A stretch of 64,000 bases of DNA from NCBI GenBank assembly GCA_040954595.2, contig CM082581.2, positions 1,108,699 to 1,172,698 on the forward strand, read 5' to 3'. Positions 36,815 to 49,800 of this stretch are shown here, piece after piece. The notes under the pieces are model-generated. The model was not told the origin of the DNA. It saw only the letters and a program-made list of their open reading frames with translations, and did not search any database. How positions within the stretch are numbered: position 1 is the first letter of the stretch; every line of letters begins with the position of its first letter. Source of the DNA: Balanoglossus misakiensis (lineage: Eukaryota > Animalia > Hemichordata). The translations under genes and the position numbers were made by a program.

Positions 36815-37176
36815 TGTTAGCTGTTGCCATTCAAATGTGTCTACGCAAACCCGGCTACACTGGCAGTGGGCTTTGACTCTAAGTCGCTAATGTTGTGGGA
36901 GGTTTCATTAGCATTGTAGTCACATGTAGTGGATAGTAGTTTGGGAAATTGCCTGAAATACGTCAGCAGACCAGTGATTTTCTTGCACGAAGGGAGTTTG
37001 GTACCAGCAATAATCAGAGATCAGGCTTCGTTGCCGTTCAAAAGTTCCTACTTCAGTCGTGATGTTGCAACTGGACGTTCAGTATGGGGGTCGGCCCGCA
37101 GGTGGCCGTGTGGGTTATCAGGTCGCCCGTAACGGCACGCAGCTACATGCAGCTGTATGGGACCAAAATAATACAC

Positions 37177-39923
37177 AAGTTCATGTTGTGCCTGGCTGGA
37201 ACGATTTTGTAAAAGAAAGTCACGACTATGCCCGTTCCATGTTTTTATTATGGGTTAATGTGGGTTAACCTAAACAAGGCCCGCTTTTTGAAACCATGAA
37301 ATTTTCCAGAGCTCGTTTTTAGTATGCTTTACGTGCTTGTAAAAAGATTGAGAATCAAAATAGGGCTGACAAGATGGCTGATAATTTACGCTGCCACAAA
37401 CAGAACGACTTCTGGGAGGAAGTCAGAAAGCAAACTAGCAGAAAAACGCCGCTTTCTGACACTGTAGGTGGAGCGACTGGTGAGAGTGAAATTGCAATTA
37501 TGTGGCACAAGCATTTCAGTGATATTTTGAATTCTGTCCAGGCTCAGACTGGTAAAAATGACATCGAGGAGAAAATGAAGTATGTTAAATTTTCTTCTGA
37601 TATGTAAGTTTCTGAAGACGAAGTAATTTCTGCTATACATAAGTTACCTGATGGTAAGACAGCTGGCATTGACAATATTTTAGCTGAGCACCTCAAATTC
37701 TCAGACTCCTCTATTTTACCCTTTTTGACTTGTTGTATTAATGCAATGATTGTTCATGGTTACCTGCCAACTGAGGCTATCAATGTTAATTTAGTTCCAA
37801 TTATTAAGGATAAAACTAAGCTTTGTAGTGATGCCAGTAACTACCGGCCGATAGCACTAGCAACTGTTTTCTCTAAAGTTTTTGAGCATATTTTACTTTC
37901 TCGTTATGAGGAGTTTCTTACCTCTCATTATTTACAATTTGGTTTCAAGCGAGAACATTCAACTGACCTGTGTTTATTTGCATTTAAAGAAATCATTAGC
38001 TACTACACCAGCAATGGAAGACCAGTGTTTACTTGTTTTCTGGATGCTTCAAAAGCTTTTGACAGAGTTAATCACTTTAAACTGGTTATAATTAACAAGC
38101 ACATCGACAGGAATGTTCCCTTGTATGCTGTACGAATTTTATATTAATGGTACAGAAATCAATTGTTTACTGTGTTGTGAGGTAATGAAACCTCAGAGTT
38201 GTTTTCTGTTTCTAACGGTGTAAGACAAGGGGGGGGGGTACTCTCTCCCTATCTTTTTAATGTCTACATTGATGATATTATCAATGCACTCTGTAAAGCC
38301 AAAGTTAGCTGTACCATGTGTGGTGTCAGCGCTAACACTTTAGGTTACGCTGACGACATGACTCTACTCAGTCCAAGTATTAAGGGTCTACGCCGTCTTC
38401 TTAGAATTTGTGAAATTTACGGCAAGGATTATGATATCATTTATAATTCTAGTAAAACTGTGTGCATGCTTTTTAATGGGAAGAATATGAGCGTTCAAAG
38501 AATTCCTTCGGTTAAACTTAATGACATCACTTTAAAGTTTGTACCTGTACACACCTATCTGGGCCATGTTATATCTTGTGATGGTTGTGATAATGAAGAT
38601 ATTGAACGACAGAGAAGAGCATTTTGTGTAAGAGCAAACATGCTATTGAGACATTTTCAACATTGTAGTCAAGATGTGAAGAAAGTTTTATTTTTGGCAT
38701 ATTGTAGTAATATTTACTGTTGCAGTTTGTGGGCATCCTTTAAAGTTAAACCGATGAAAAAATTTAAAACTATGTACAATAATGTTTGCAGAAGATTTCT
38801 CGGTCTTCCGCCATTTTGCTGTGCATCGGGTATGTTTGCTACAAACCATGTACATGTATTGTCACTTGGTGAAGTTTTTAGACGCAATATGTACAGTTTT
38901 AAGATGGGTCCCTGGGATCTTTTTGCTCGTTGCTGTGGGCCTTTATAGGACATTACACCCCGATTTGGACTAAGCCGTTTTCAGAGTCTAACAAGGGGCT
39001 GGTAACTAGTTGAACATCTGCACGATTATGTGCACACCCCCTGTCCGAGTATGTTTACGGCAGCTACCACCCGGCCATAGGCCGCCACGCTAATACGGCA
39101 AAGCAGGGTCAGCGATAGCGTGCGCGTCCTGTAACCACAGTAACTGGATCGAACGCTAAAAATCCAATGTTTTGTACACAGAGATTTTGTACCGTTCACG
39201 AAAATCCCTAAGGCTTTTTTCATAGGCCACGTACGCCAGTCAAATTTGACCTGCTTGTTGAGAACGCACTTCCGCACAGTGTGACGGATCGTTTTTTCGG
39301 TTTTCGTCGTGCTAAGAAGCGATACCGGTGGAAGAGTGCGTCCAAAAACACCCAAAATCGATGACTTTTTCAGGTGTGGTACGGGTATGCTGAAATCTTA
39401 GGATACAACGATAATATTCGAAAACAAAATCCGTCACGATCTTCCCTGGTTCAAGCAACTAATGAATACGTATCAAGTTCGTTTTTGAGGTCACGGAATA
39501 AAAAGCCTTAGGCTTTTGAAATTTGACCTAGCTAATTTTCATATCAATGGCGTCAGGGGGCGCGCGCTCACAATCGTGCAGATTTTCAACTAGTTACCAG
39601 CCCCTTGTTAGACTCTGAAAACGGCTTAGTCAAAATCGGGGTGTAATGTCCTATAAAGGCCCATAGCAACGAGCAAAAAGATCCCAGGGACCCATCTTAA
39701 GCGTAGACTCGAAAATTCTTCTAATGTTTTACTTGATGCGATCTGTTCATCAGATAGAGCGACTGACAGCATATTTTTCAAACATTGGCGAAAGCAATTG
39801 TATATCATGTAAGTTTTTTTTTGTGTGTGTCTCAGTGTCAGATTATTATTATTGTTTTTTTTTCTTCTCTCTTTTGGGTATATGGACTTTTTTTAAAGTC
39901 TGAAATAAAGAATTGTTATTATT
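37177..39923 (+). mobile_element. LINE remnant copy 3
   Basis: Near-identical. Extra TAA at 37605-37607, TGA at 38178-38180, and a G-run 3 nt longer near 38228. Confidence 0.93.
38903..39696. mobile_element. MITE copy 3
   Basis: Same TIRs and TSD, with a 1-bp deletion and a few private substitutions. Confidence 0.95.
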
Positions 39924-40262
39924 TGTTAGCTGTTGCCATTCAAATGTGTCTACGCAAACCCGGCTACACTGGCAGTGGGCTTTGACTCTAAGTCGCTAAT
40001 GTTGTGGGAGGTTTCATTAGCATTGTAGTCACATGTAGTGGATAGTAGTTTGGGAAATTGCCTGAAATACGTCAGCAGACCAGTGATTTTCTTGCACGAA
40101 GGGAGTTTGGTACCAGCAATAAGCAGAGATCAGGCTTCGTTGCCGTTCAAAAGTTCCTACTTCAGTCGTGATGTTGCAACTGGACGTTCAGTATGGGGGT
40201 CGGCCCGCAGGTGGCCGTGTGGGTTATCAGGTCGCCCGTAACGGCACGCAGCTACATGCAGC

Positions 40263-40806
40263 TGTATGGGACCAAAATAATACACCCGATTCGGGGGTCA
40301 CCTGTGACACCTGCGTAACTCAATAATTATGTGCATGCGTAATTGTGGGGTCAATGAAAGGGGTGGTAGCGTGGTATTTGTTGCACATGGATCAATATGA
40401 AGTCCGATTTTCCCGTCAAGTTGTGGGCGACCTTATGTGACCTTTCACCTACTTTTGCTTAGTGAGCATCTACAGAAGATGCATGCAGCTTTGGCTTGGG
40501 GGGGGGGGGGCATATACGGATGGGACCATAATGATATACCAAAGGCGGGGTCACCTGTTGCACCTGCCTAAGTCATTGATTTTGTACATTTAATTGGACA
40601 CTAACCAACAGGGCGATAGGTGTGGTTTTTGTTCCACAGGGACGAATGTAAGTGTCAGTTGGTTTTTGCCCAAATGTATAAGGTGATTTTGATGACCTCT
40701 GTCATACAGTGCCATATCTCATCCCGTTGTACAGGTGCAGCTTTGGTATTTGGAGGGATGAAACTATCATGAAATGCCAAATACAGGGGGATACCTTTGA
40801 CACCTG
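40263..40806. repeat. Diverged ~250-bp tandem repeats preceding the 78-bp satellite
   Basis: GGGGTCACCTGTGACACCTGC (about 40294), GGGGTCACCTGTTGCACCTGCC (about 40547) and GGGGATACCTTTGACACCTGCC (about 40787). ATGGGACCA.AAT.ATA.ACC occurs at about 40266 and 40520. Confidence 0.75.
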
Positions 40807-43800
40807 CCATGATTTTTTTCAAAAATCGACGAAATTTTGAGATTTTGCAAAGTCGAAAATTTGTCATTTTTTGATGATTTTCACCCGTCTTTTTTCAAAA
40901 ATCGACGAAATTTTGAGATTTTGCAAAAGAGGAAAATTTGTCATTTTTTGATGATTTTCAACATTTTTTTTAAAAAATCGACGAAAATTTGAGATTTTGC
41001 AGTAAAAAAATTGTAATTTTTTGATGATTTTCACCGATGATTTTTTTCAAAATTGACGAAATTTTGAGATTTTGCAGTCGAAAATTTGTAATTTTTTGAT
41101 GATTTTCCCCCATGATTTTTTTCAAAAATCGACGAAATTTTGAGATTTTGCAAAGTCGAAAATTTGTCATTTTTTGATGATTTTCACCCATGATTTTCTT
41201 CAAAAATCGACGAAATTTTGAGATTTTGCAAAGTCGAAAATTTGTCATTTTTTGATGATTTTCACCCAATGTTTTTTTTTCAAAAATGGACGAACCCATG
41301 ATTTTTTTCAAAATCGACGAAATTTTGAGATTTTGCAAAGTCGAAAATTTGTCATTGTCATGATGATTTTCAACCATGATTTTTTTCAAAAATTGACGAA
41401 ATTTTGAGATTTTGCAGTCAAAAATTTGTCATTTTTTGATGATTTTCACCCATGATTTTTTTTCACAAATCGACGAAATTTTGAGATTTTGCAGTCGTAA
41501 ATTTGTCATTTTTTAATGATTTTCCTCCATGATTTTTTTTCAAAAATCGACGAAATTTTGAGATTTTGCAAAGTCTAAAATTTGTCATTTTTTGATGATT
41601 TTCACCCATGTCTTTTTTCAAAAATCGACGAAATTTTGAGATTTTGCAAAGAGGAAAATTTGTCATTTTTTGATGATTTTCAACAATGATTTTTTTTCAA
41701 AAATCGACGAAATTTTGAGATTTTGCAGTCAAAAATTTGTCATTTTTTGATGATTTTCAACAATTTTTTTAAAAAATCGACGAAAATTTGAGATTTTGCA
41801 GTAAAACATTTGTCATTTTTTGATGATTTTCACCCATGATTTTTTCAAAATTGGCAAAATTTTGAGATTTTGCAAAGTCGAAAATTTGTCATTTTTTGAT
41901 GATTTTCACCCATGATTTTTTTTCACAAATCGACGAAATTTTGAGATTTTGTAGTCGTTAATTTGTCATTTTTTGATGATTTTCCCCCATGATTTTTTTC
42001 AAAAATCAACGAAATTTTGAGATTTTGCAAAGTCGAAAATTTGTCATTTTTAGATGATTTTCACCCGTCTTTTTTCAAAAAATCGACGAAATTTTGAGAT
42101 TTTGCAAAGAGGAAAATTTGTCATTTTTTGATAATTTTCAACAATGATTTATTTCAAAAATCGACGAAATTTTGAGATTTTGCAGTCGAAAATTTGTCAT
42201 TTTTTGATGATTTTCCCCCATGATTTTTTTCAAAAATCGACGAAATTTTGAGATTTTGCAAAGTTGAAAATTTTTCAAAAATCGACGAAATTTATAGATT
42301 TTGCAAAGAGGAAAATTTGTCATTTTTTGATGATTTTCACCCATGATTTTTTCAAAATTGACGAAATTTTGAAATTTTGCAGTCGAAAATTTGTAATTTT
42401 TTGATGATTTTCACCCGTTTTTTTTTCAAAAATCGACGAAATTTTGAGATTTTGCAGTCGAAAATTTGTCATTTTTTGATGATTTTCACCCATGATTTTT
42501 TCAAAATTGACGAAATTTTGAAATTTTGCAGTCGAAAATTTGTCATTTTTTGATCATTTTCCCCATGATTTTTTTCAAAAATCGACGAAATTTTGAGATT
42601 TTGCAAAGTCGAAAATTTGTCATTTTTTGATGATTTTCACCCTTGATTTTCTTCAAAAATCGACGAAATTTTGAGATTTTGCAAAGTCGAAAATTTGTCA
42701 TTTTTTGATGATTTTCACCCATGATTTTTTTCAAAAATCGATGAAATTTTGAGATTTTGCAGTAAAAAAATTGTCATTATTTGATGATTTTCGACCATGA
42801 TTTTTTTCAAAATTGACGAAATTTTGAGATTTTGCAGTCGAAAATTTGTCATTTTTTGATCATTTTCCCCCATGATTTTTTTCAAAAATCGACGAAATTT
42901 TCAGATTTTGCAAAGTCGAAAATTAGTCATTTTTTCATGATTTTCACCCATGATTTTTTCAAAAATCGACGAAATTTTGAGATTTTGCAAAGTCGAAAAT
43001 TTGTCATTTTTTGATGATTTTCACCCATGTCTTTTTTCAAAAATCGACGAAATTTTGAGATTTTGCAAAGAGGAAAATTTGTCATTTTTTGATGATTTTC
43101 AACAATGATATTTTTTCAAAAATCGACGAAATTTTGAGATTTTGCAGTAAAAAATTTGTCATTTTTTGATGATTTTCAACAATTTTTTTAAAAAATCGAC
43201 GAAAATTTGAGATTTTGCAGTAAAAAATTTGTCATTTTTTGATGATTTTGACCCATGATTTTTTCAAAATTGGCAAAATTTTGAGATTTTGCAAAGTCGA
43301 AAATTTGTCATTTTTTGATGATTTTCACCCATGATTTTTTTCAAAAATCGATGAAATTTTGAGATTTTGCAGTAAAAAAATTGTCATTTTTTGATGATTT
43401 TCACCCATGATTTTTTTCAAAATTGACGAAATTTTGAGATTTTGCAGTCGAAAATTTGTCATTTTTTGATCTTTTTCCCCCATGATTTTTTTCAAAAATC
43501 GACGAAATTTTCAGATTTTGCAAAGTCGAAAATTTGTCATTTTTTCATGATTTTCATCCATGATTTTTTCAAAAATCGACGAAATTTTGAGATTTTGCAG
43601 TCGAAAATTTGTCATTTTTTGATGATTTTCACCCATGATTTTTTTCAAAAATCGACGAAATTTTGAGATTTTGCAAAGTCGAAAATTTGTCATTTTTTGA
43701 TGATTTTCACCCATGATTTTCTTCAAAAATCGACGAAATTTTGAGATTTTGCAAAGTCGAAAATTTGTCATTTTTTGATGATTTTCACCCATGATTTTTT

Positions 43801-46800
43801 TCAAAAATCGACGAAATTTTGAGATTTTGCAAAGTCGAAAATTTGTCATTTTTTGATGGTTTTCACCCATGATTTTTTTTCAAAAATCGACGAAATTTTG
43901 AGATTTTGCAAAGTCGAAAATGTGTCATTTTTTGATGATTTTCACCCGTTTTTTTTTCAAAATTTGTCATTTTTTCATGATTTTCACCCATGATTTTTTT
44001 CAAAAATCGACGAAATTTTGAGATTTTGCAAAGTCGAAAATTTGTCATTTTTTGATGATTTTCACCCATGATTTTTTTCAAAAATCGACGAAATTTTGAG
44101 ATTTTGCAAAGTCGAAAATGTGTCATTTTTTGATGATTTTCACCCATGTTTTTTTTTTTAAAATCGACGAACCTATGATTTTTTTCAAAATCGACGAAAT
44201 TTTGTGATTTTGCAAAGTCGAAAATTTTGTCATTTTTTGATGATTTTCAACCATGATTTTTTTTCAAAAATTGACGAAATTTTGAGATTTTGCAAAATCG
44301 AAAATTTGTCATTTTTTGATGATTTTCCCCCAATGGTTTTTTTCAAAATCGACGAAATTTTGAGATTTTGCAAAGTCGAAAATTTGTCATTTTTTGATGA
44401 TTTTCCCCCATGATTTTTTTTCAAAAATGGACGAAATTTTGAGATTTTGCAAAGACGAAAATTTGTCATTTTTTGATGATTTTCACCCATGATTTTTTTT
44501 CAAAAATCGACGAAATTTTGAGATTTTGCAAAGTCGAAAATGTGTCATTTTTTGATGATTTTCACCCGTTTTTTCTCAAAATTTGTCATTTTTTGATGAT
44601 TTTCACCCATGATTTTTTTTCAAAAATCGACGAAATTTTGAGATTTTGCAAAGTCGAAAATGTGTCATTTTTTGATGATTTTCACCCATGATTTTTTTCA
44701 AAAATCGACGAAATTTTGAGATTTTGCGAAGTCGAAAATTTGTCATTTTTTGATGATTTTCACCCATGATTTTTTTCAAAAATCGACGAAATGTTGAGAT
44801 TTTGCAAAGTCGAAAATTTGTCATTTTTTGATGATTTTCACCCATGATTTTTTTCAAAAATCGACGAAATGTTGAGATTTTGCAAAGTCGAAAATTTTGT
44901 CATTTTTTGATGATTTTCAACCATGATTTTTTTCAAAAATCGACTAAATGTTGAGATTTTGCAAAGTCGAAAATGTGTCATTTTTTGATGATTTTCACCC
45001 GTTTTTTTTTCAAAATTTGTCATTTTTTCATGATTTTCAACCATGATTTTTTTTCAAAAATCGACGAAATTTTGTGATTTTACAAAGTCGAAAATTTTGT
45101 CATTTTTTGATGATTTTCAACCATGATTTTTTTTCAAAAATCGACGAAAATTTGAGATTTTGCAAAGACGAAAATTTGTCATTTTTGATGATTTTTACCC
45201 ATGATTTTTTTTCAAAAATGGACGAAATTTTGAGATTTTGCAAAGACGAAAATTTGTCATTTTTTGATGATTTTCACCCATGATTTTTTTTCAAAAATCG
45301 ACGAAATTTTGAGATTTTGCAAAGTCGTAAATGTGTCATTTTTTGATGATTTTCACCAGTTTTTTTTTTCAAAATTTGTCATTTTTTCATGATTTTCCCC
45401 CATGATTTTTTTCAAAAATCGACGAAAATTTGAGATTTTGCAGAGACGAAAATTTGTCATTTTTTATGATTTTTACCCATGATTTTTTTTCAAAAATGGA
45501 CGAAATTTTGAGATTTTGCAAAGACGAAAATTTGTCATTTTTTGATGATTTTCACCCATGATTTTTTTTCAAAAAACGACGAAATTTTGAGATTTTGCAA
45601 AGAGGAAAATTTGTCATTTTTTCATGATTTTCACCCATGATTTTTTTCAAAAATCGACGAAAATTTGAGATTTTGCAAAGACGAAAATTTGTCATTTTTG
45701 ATGATTTTTACCCATGATTTTTTTTCAAAAATGGACGAAATTTTGAGATTTTGCAAAGACGAAAATTTGTCATTTTTTGATGATTTTCACCAATGATTTT
45801 TGTTCAAAAAACGACGAAATTTTGAGATTTTGCAGAGGAAAATGTGTCATTTTTTGATGATTTTCACCCGTTTTTTTTTTCAAAATTTGTCATTTTTTGA
45901 TGATTTTCTCCCATGATTTTTTTCAAAAATTGACGAAATTTTGAGATTTTGCAAAGTCGAAAATTTGTCATTTTTTGATGATTTTCCCCCATGTTTTTTT
46001 TTTTAAATGGACGAAATTTTGAGATTTTGCAAAGACGAAAATTTGTTATTTTTTGATGATTTTCACCCATGATTTTTTCAAAAATTGACGAAATTTTGAG
46101 ATTTTGCAAAGTCGAAAATTTGTCATTTTTGATGATTTTCACACATGATTTTTTTCAAAAATCGACGAAATTGTGAGATTTTGCAAAGACGAAAATTTGT
46201 CATTTTTTGATGATTTTCACCCATGATTTTTTTTCAAAAATCGACGAAATTTTGAGATTTTGCAAAGTCGAAAATGTGTCATTTTTTGATGATTTTCACC
46301 CGTTTTTTTTCAAAATTTGTCATTTTTTGATGATTTTCACCCATGATTTTTTTTCAAAAATGGACGAAATTTTGAGGTTTTGCAAAGTCGAAAATTTGTC
46401 ATTTTTTGATGATTTTCACACATGATTTTTTTCAAAAATGGACGAAATTTTGAGATTTTGCAAAGTCGAAAATTTGTCATTTTTTGATGATTTTCCCCCA
46501 TGATTTTTTTTCAAAAATGGACGAAATTTTGAGATTTTGCAAAGAAGAAAATTTGTCATTTTTTGATGATTTTCACCCATGATTTTTTTTCAAAAATCGA
46601 CGAAATTTTGAGATTTTGCAAAGTCGAAAATGTGTCATTTTTTGATGATTTTCACCCGTTTTTTTTCAAAATTTGTCATTTTTTGATGATTTTCACCCAT
46701 GATTTTTTTTCAAAAATCGACGAAATTTTGAGATTTTGCAAAGTCGAAAATGTGTCATTTTTTGATGATTTTCACCCATGATTTTTTTCAAAAATCGACG

Positions 46801-49800
46801 AAATTTTGAGATTTTGCGAAGTCGAAAATTTGTCATTTTTTGATGATTTTCTCCCATGATTTTTTTCAAAAATCGACGAAATGTTGAGATTTTGCAAAGT
46901 CGAAAATTTGTCATTTTTTGATGATTTTCACCCATGATTTTTTTTCAAAAATCGACGAAATGTTGAGATTTTGCAAAGTCGAACATTTTGTCATTTTTTG
47001 ATGATTTTCAACCATGATTTTTTTCAAAAATCGACTAAATGTTGAGATTTTGCAAAGTCGAAAATGTGTCATTTTTTGATGATTTTCACCCGTTTTTTTT
47101 TCAAAATTTGTCATTTTTTCATGATTTTCAACCATGATTTTTTTTCAAAAATCGACGAAATTTTGTGATTTTACAAAGTCGAAAATTTTGTCATTTTTTG
47201 ATGATTTTCAACCATGATTTTTTTTCAAAAATCGACGAAAATTTGAGATTTTGCAAAGACGAAAATTTGTCATTTTTGATGATTTTTACCCATGATTTTT
47301 TTTCAAAAATGGACGAAATTTTGAGATTTTGCAAAGACGAAAATTTGTCATTTTTTGATGATTTTCACCCATGATTTTTTTTCAAAAATCGACGAAATTT
47401 TGAGATTTTGCAAAGTCGTAAATGTGTCATTTTTTGATGATTTTCACCAGTTTTTTTTTTCAAAATTTGTCATTTTTTCATGATTTTCCCCCATGATTTT
47501 TTTCAAAAATCGACGAAAATTTGAGATTTTGCAGAGACGAAAATTTGTCATTTTTTATGATTTTTACCCATGATTTTTTTTCAAAAATGGACGAAATTTT
47601 GAGATTTTGCAAAGACGAAAATTTGTCATTTTTTGATGATTTTCACCCATGATTTTTTTTCAAAAAACGACGAAATTTTGAGATTTTGCAAAGAGGAAAA
47701 TTTGTCATTTTTTCATGATTTTCACCCATGATTTTTTTCAAAAATCTACGAAATTTTGAGATTTTGCAAAGAGGAAAATTTGTCATTTTTTCATGATTTT
47801 CCCCCATGATTTTTTTCAAAAATCGACGAAAATTTGAGATTTTGCAAAGACGAAAATTTGTCATTTTTTGATGATTTTCACCAATGATTTTTGTTCAAAA
47901 AACGACGAAATTTTGAGATTTTGCAGAGGAAAATGTGTCATTTTTTGATGATTTTCACCCGTTTTTTTTTTCAAAATTTGTCATTTTTTGATGATTTTCT
48001 CCCATGATTTTTTTCAAAAATTGACGAAATTTTGAGATTTTGCAAAGTCGAAAATTTGTCATTTTTTGATGATTTTCACCCATGTTTTTTTTCAAAAATC
48101 GACGAAATTTTGAGATTTTGCAAAGTCGAAAATTTGTCATTTTTTGATGATTTTCCCCCATGTTTTTTTTTTTAAATGGACGAAATTTTGAGATTTTGCA
48201 AAGACGAAAATTTGTTATTTTTTGATGATTTTCACCCATGATTTTTTCAAAAATTGACGAAATTTTGAGATTTTGCAAAGTCGAAAATTTGTCATTTTTG
48301 ATGATTTTCACACATGATTTTTTTCAAAAATCGACGAAATTGTGAGATTTTGCAAAGACGAAAATTTGTCATTTTTTGATGATTTTTACCCATGATTTTT
48401 TTTCAAAAATGGACGAAATTTTGAGGTTTTGCAAAGTCGAAAATTTGTCATTTTTTGATGATTTTCACACATGATTTTTTTCAAAAATCGACGAAATTGT
48501 GAGATTTTGCAAAGACGAAAATTTGTCATTTTTTGATGATTTTTACCCATGATTTTTTTTCAAAAATGGACGAAATTTTGAGGTTTTGCAAAGTCGAAAA
48601 TTTGTTATTTTTTGATGATTTTCACCCATGTCTTTTTTTAAAAATCGACGAAATTTTGAGATTTTGCAAAGAGGAAAATTTGTCATTTTTTCATGATTTT
48701 CCCCCATGATTTTTTTCAAAAATCGACGAAATTTTGAGATTTTGCAAAGTCGACGAAAATGTGTCATTTTTTGATGATTTTCAACCGTTTTTTTTCAAAA
48801 TTTGTCATTTTTTTGATGATTTTCACCCATGTTTTTTTTTTTAAAAATCGACGAACCTATGATTTTTTTCAAAATCGACGAAATTTTGTGATTTTACAAA
48901 GTCGAAAATTTTGTCATTTTTTGATGATTTTCAACCATGATTTTTTTTCAAAAATCGACGAAAATTTGAGATTTTGCAAAGACGAAAATTTGTCATTTTT
49001 GATGATTTTTACCCATGATTTTTTTTCAAAAATGGACGAAATTTTGAGATTTTGCAAAGACGAAAATTTGTCATTTTTTGATGATTTTCACCCATGATTT
49101 TTTTTCAAAAATCGACGAAATTTTGAGATTTTGCAAAGAGGAAAATTTGTCATTTTTTCATGATTTTCCCCCATGATTTTTTTCAAAAATCGACGAAATT
49201 TTGTGATTTTACAAAGTCGAAAATTTTGTCATTTTTTGATGATTTTCTCCCATGATTTTTTTCAAAAATGGACGAAATTTTGAGATTTTGCAAAGACGAA
49301 AATTTGTCATTTTTTGATGATTTTCACCAATGATTTTTTTTCAAAAAACGACGAAATTTTGAGATTTTGCAGAGGAAAATGTGTCATTTTTTGATGATTT
49401 TCACCCGTTTTTTTTCAAAATTTGTTATTTTTTGATGATTTTCACCCATGTTTTTTTTTAAAAAAATCGACGAACCTATGATTTTTTTCAAAATCGACGA
49501 AATTTTGTGATTTTACAAAGTCGAAAATTTTGTCATTTTTTGATGATTTTCAACCATGATTTTTTTTCAAAAATCGACGAAAATTTGAGATTTTGCAAAG
49601 ACAAAAATTTGTCATTTTTGATGATTTTTACCCATGATTTTTTTTCAAAAATGGACGAAATTTTGAGATTTTGCAAAGAGGAAAATTTGTCATTTTTTCA
49701 TGATTTTCCCCCATGATTTTTTTCAAAAATCGACGAAATTTTGTGATTTTACAAAGTCGAAAATTTTGTCATTTTTTGATGATTTTCAACCATGATTTTT

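Larger units (their letters stand above)
30963..40285. repeat. Tandem triplication of a 3107-3109-bp unit (LINE 3' part + MITE + about 360 bp flank)
   Basis: Units are 30963-34069, 34070-37176 and 37177-40285. The junction AATAATACAC|AAGTTCATG is identical at both internal boundaries. ORF offsets are exactly 3107. Confidence 0.98.

Noticed and set aside
30761-38948. RT next to repeat arrays as a retron, DGR, telomerase-like or RT-CRISPR system
   Set aside because: The motifs, upstream APE remnant and AATAAA/ATT tail are those of an ordinary LINE. All copies have stops and a MITE insertion, and there is no template/variable repeat pair.
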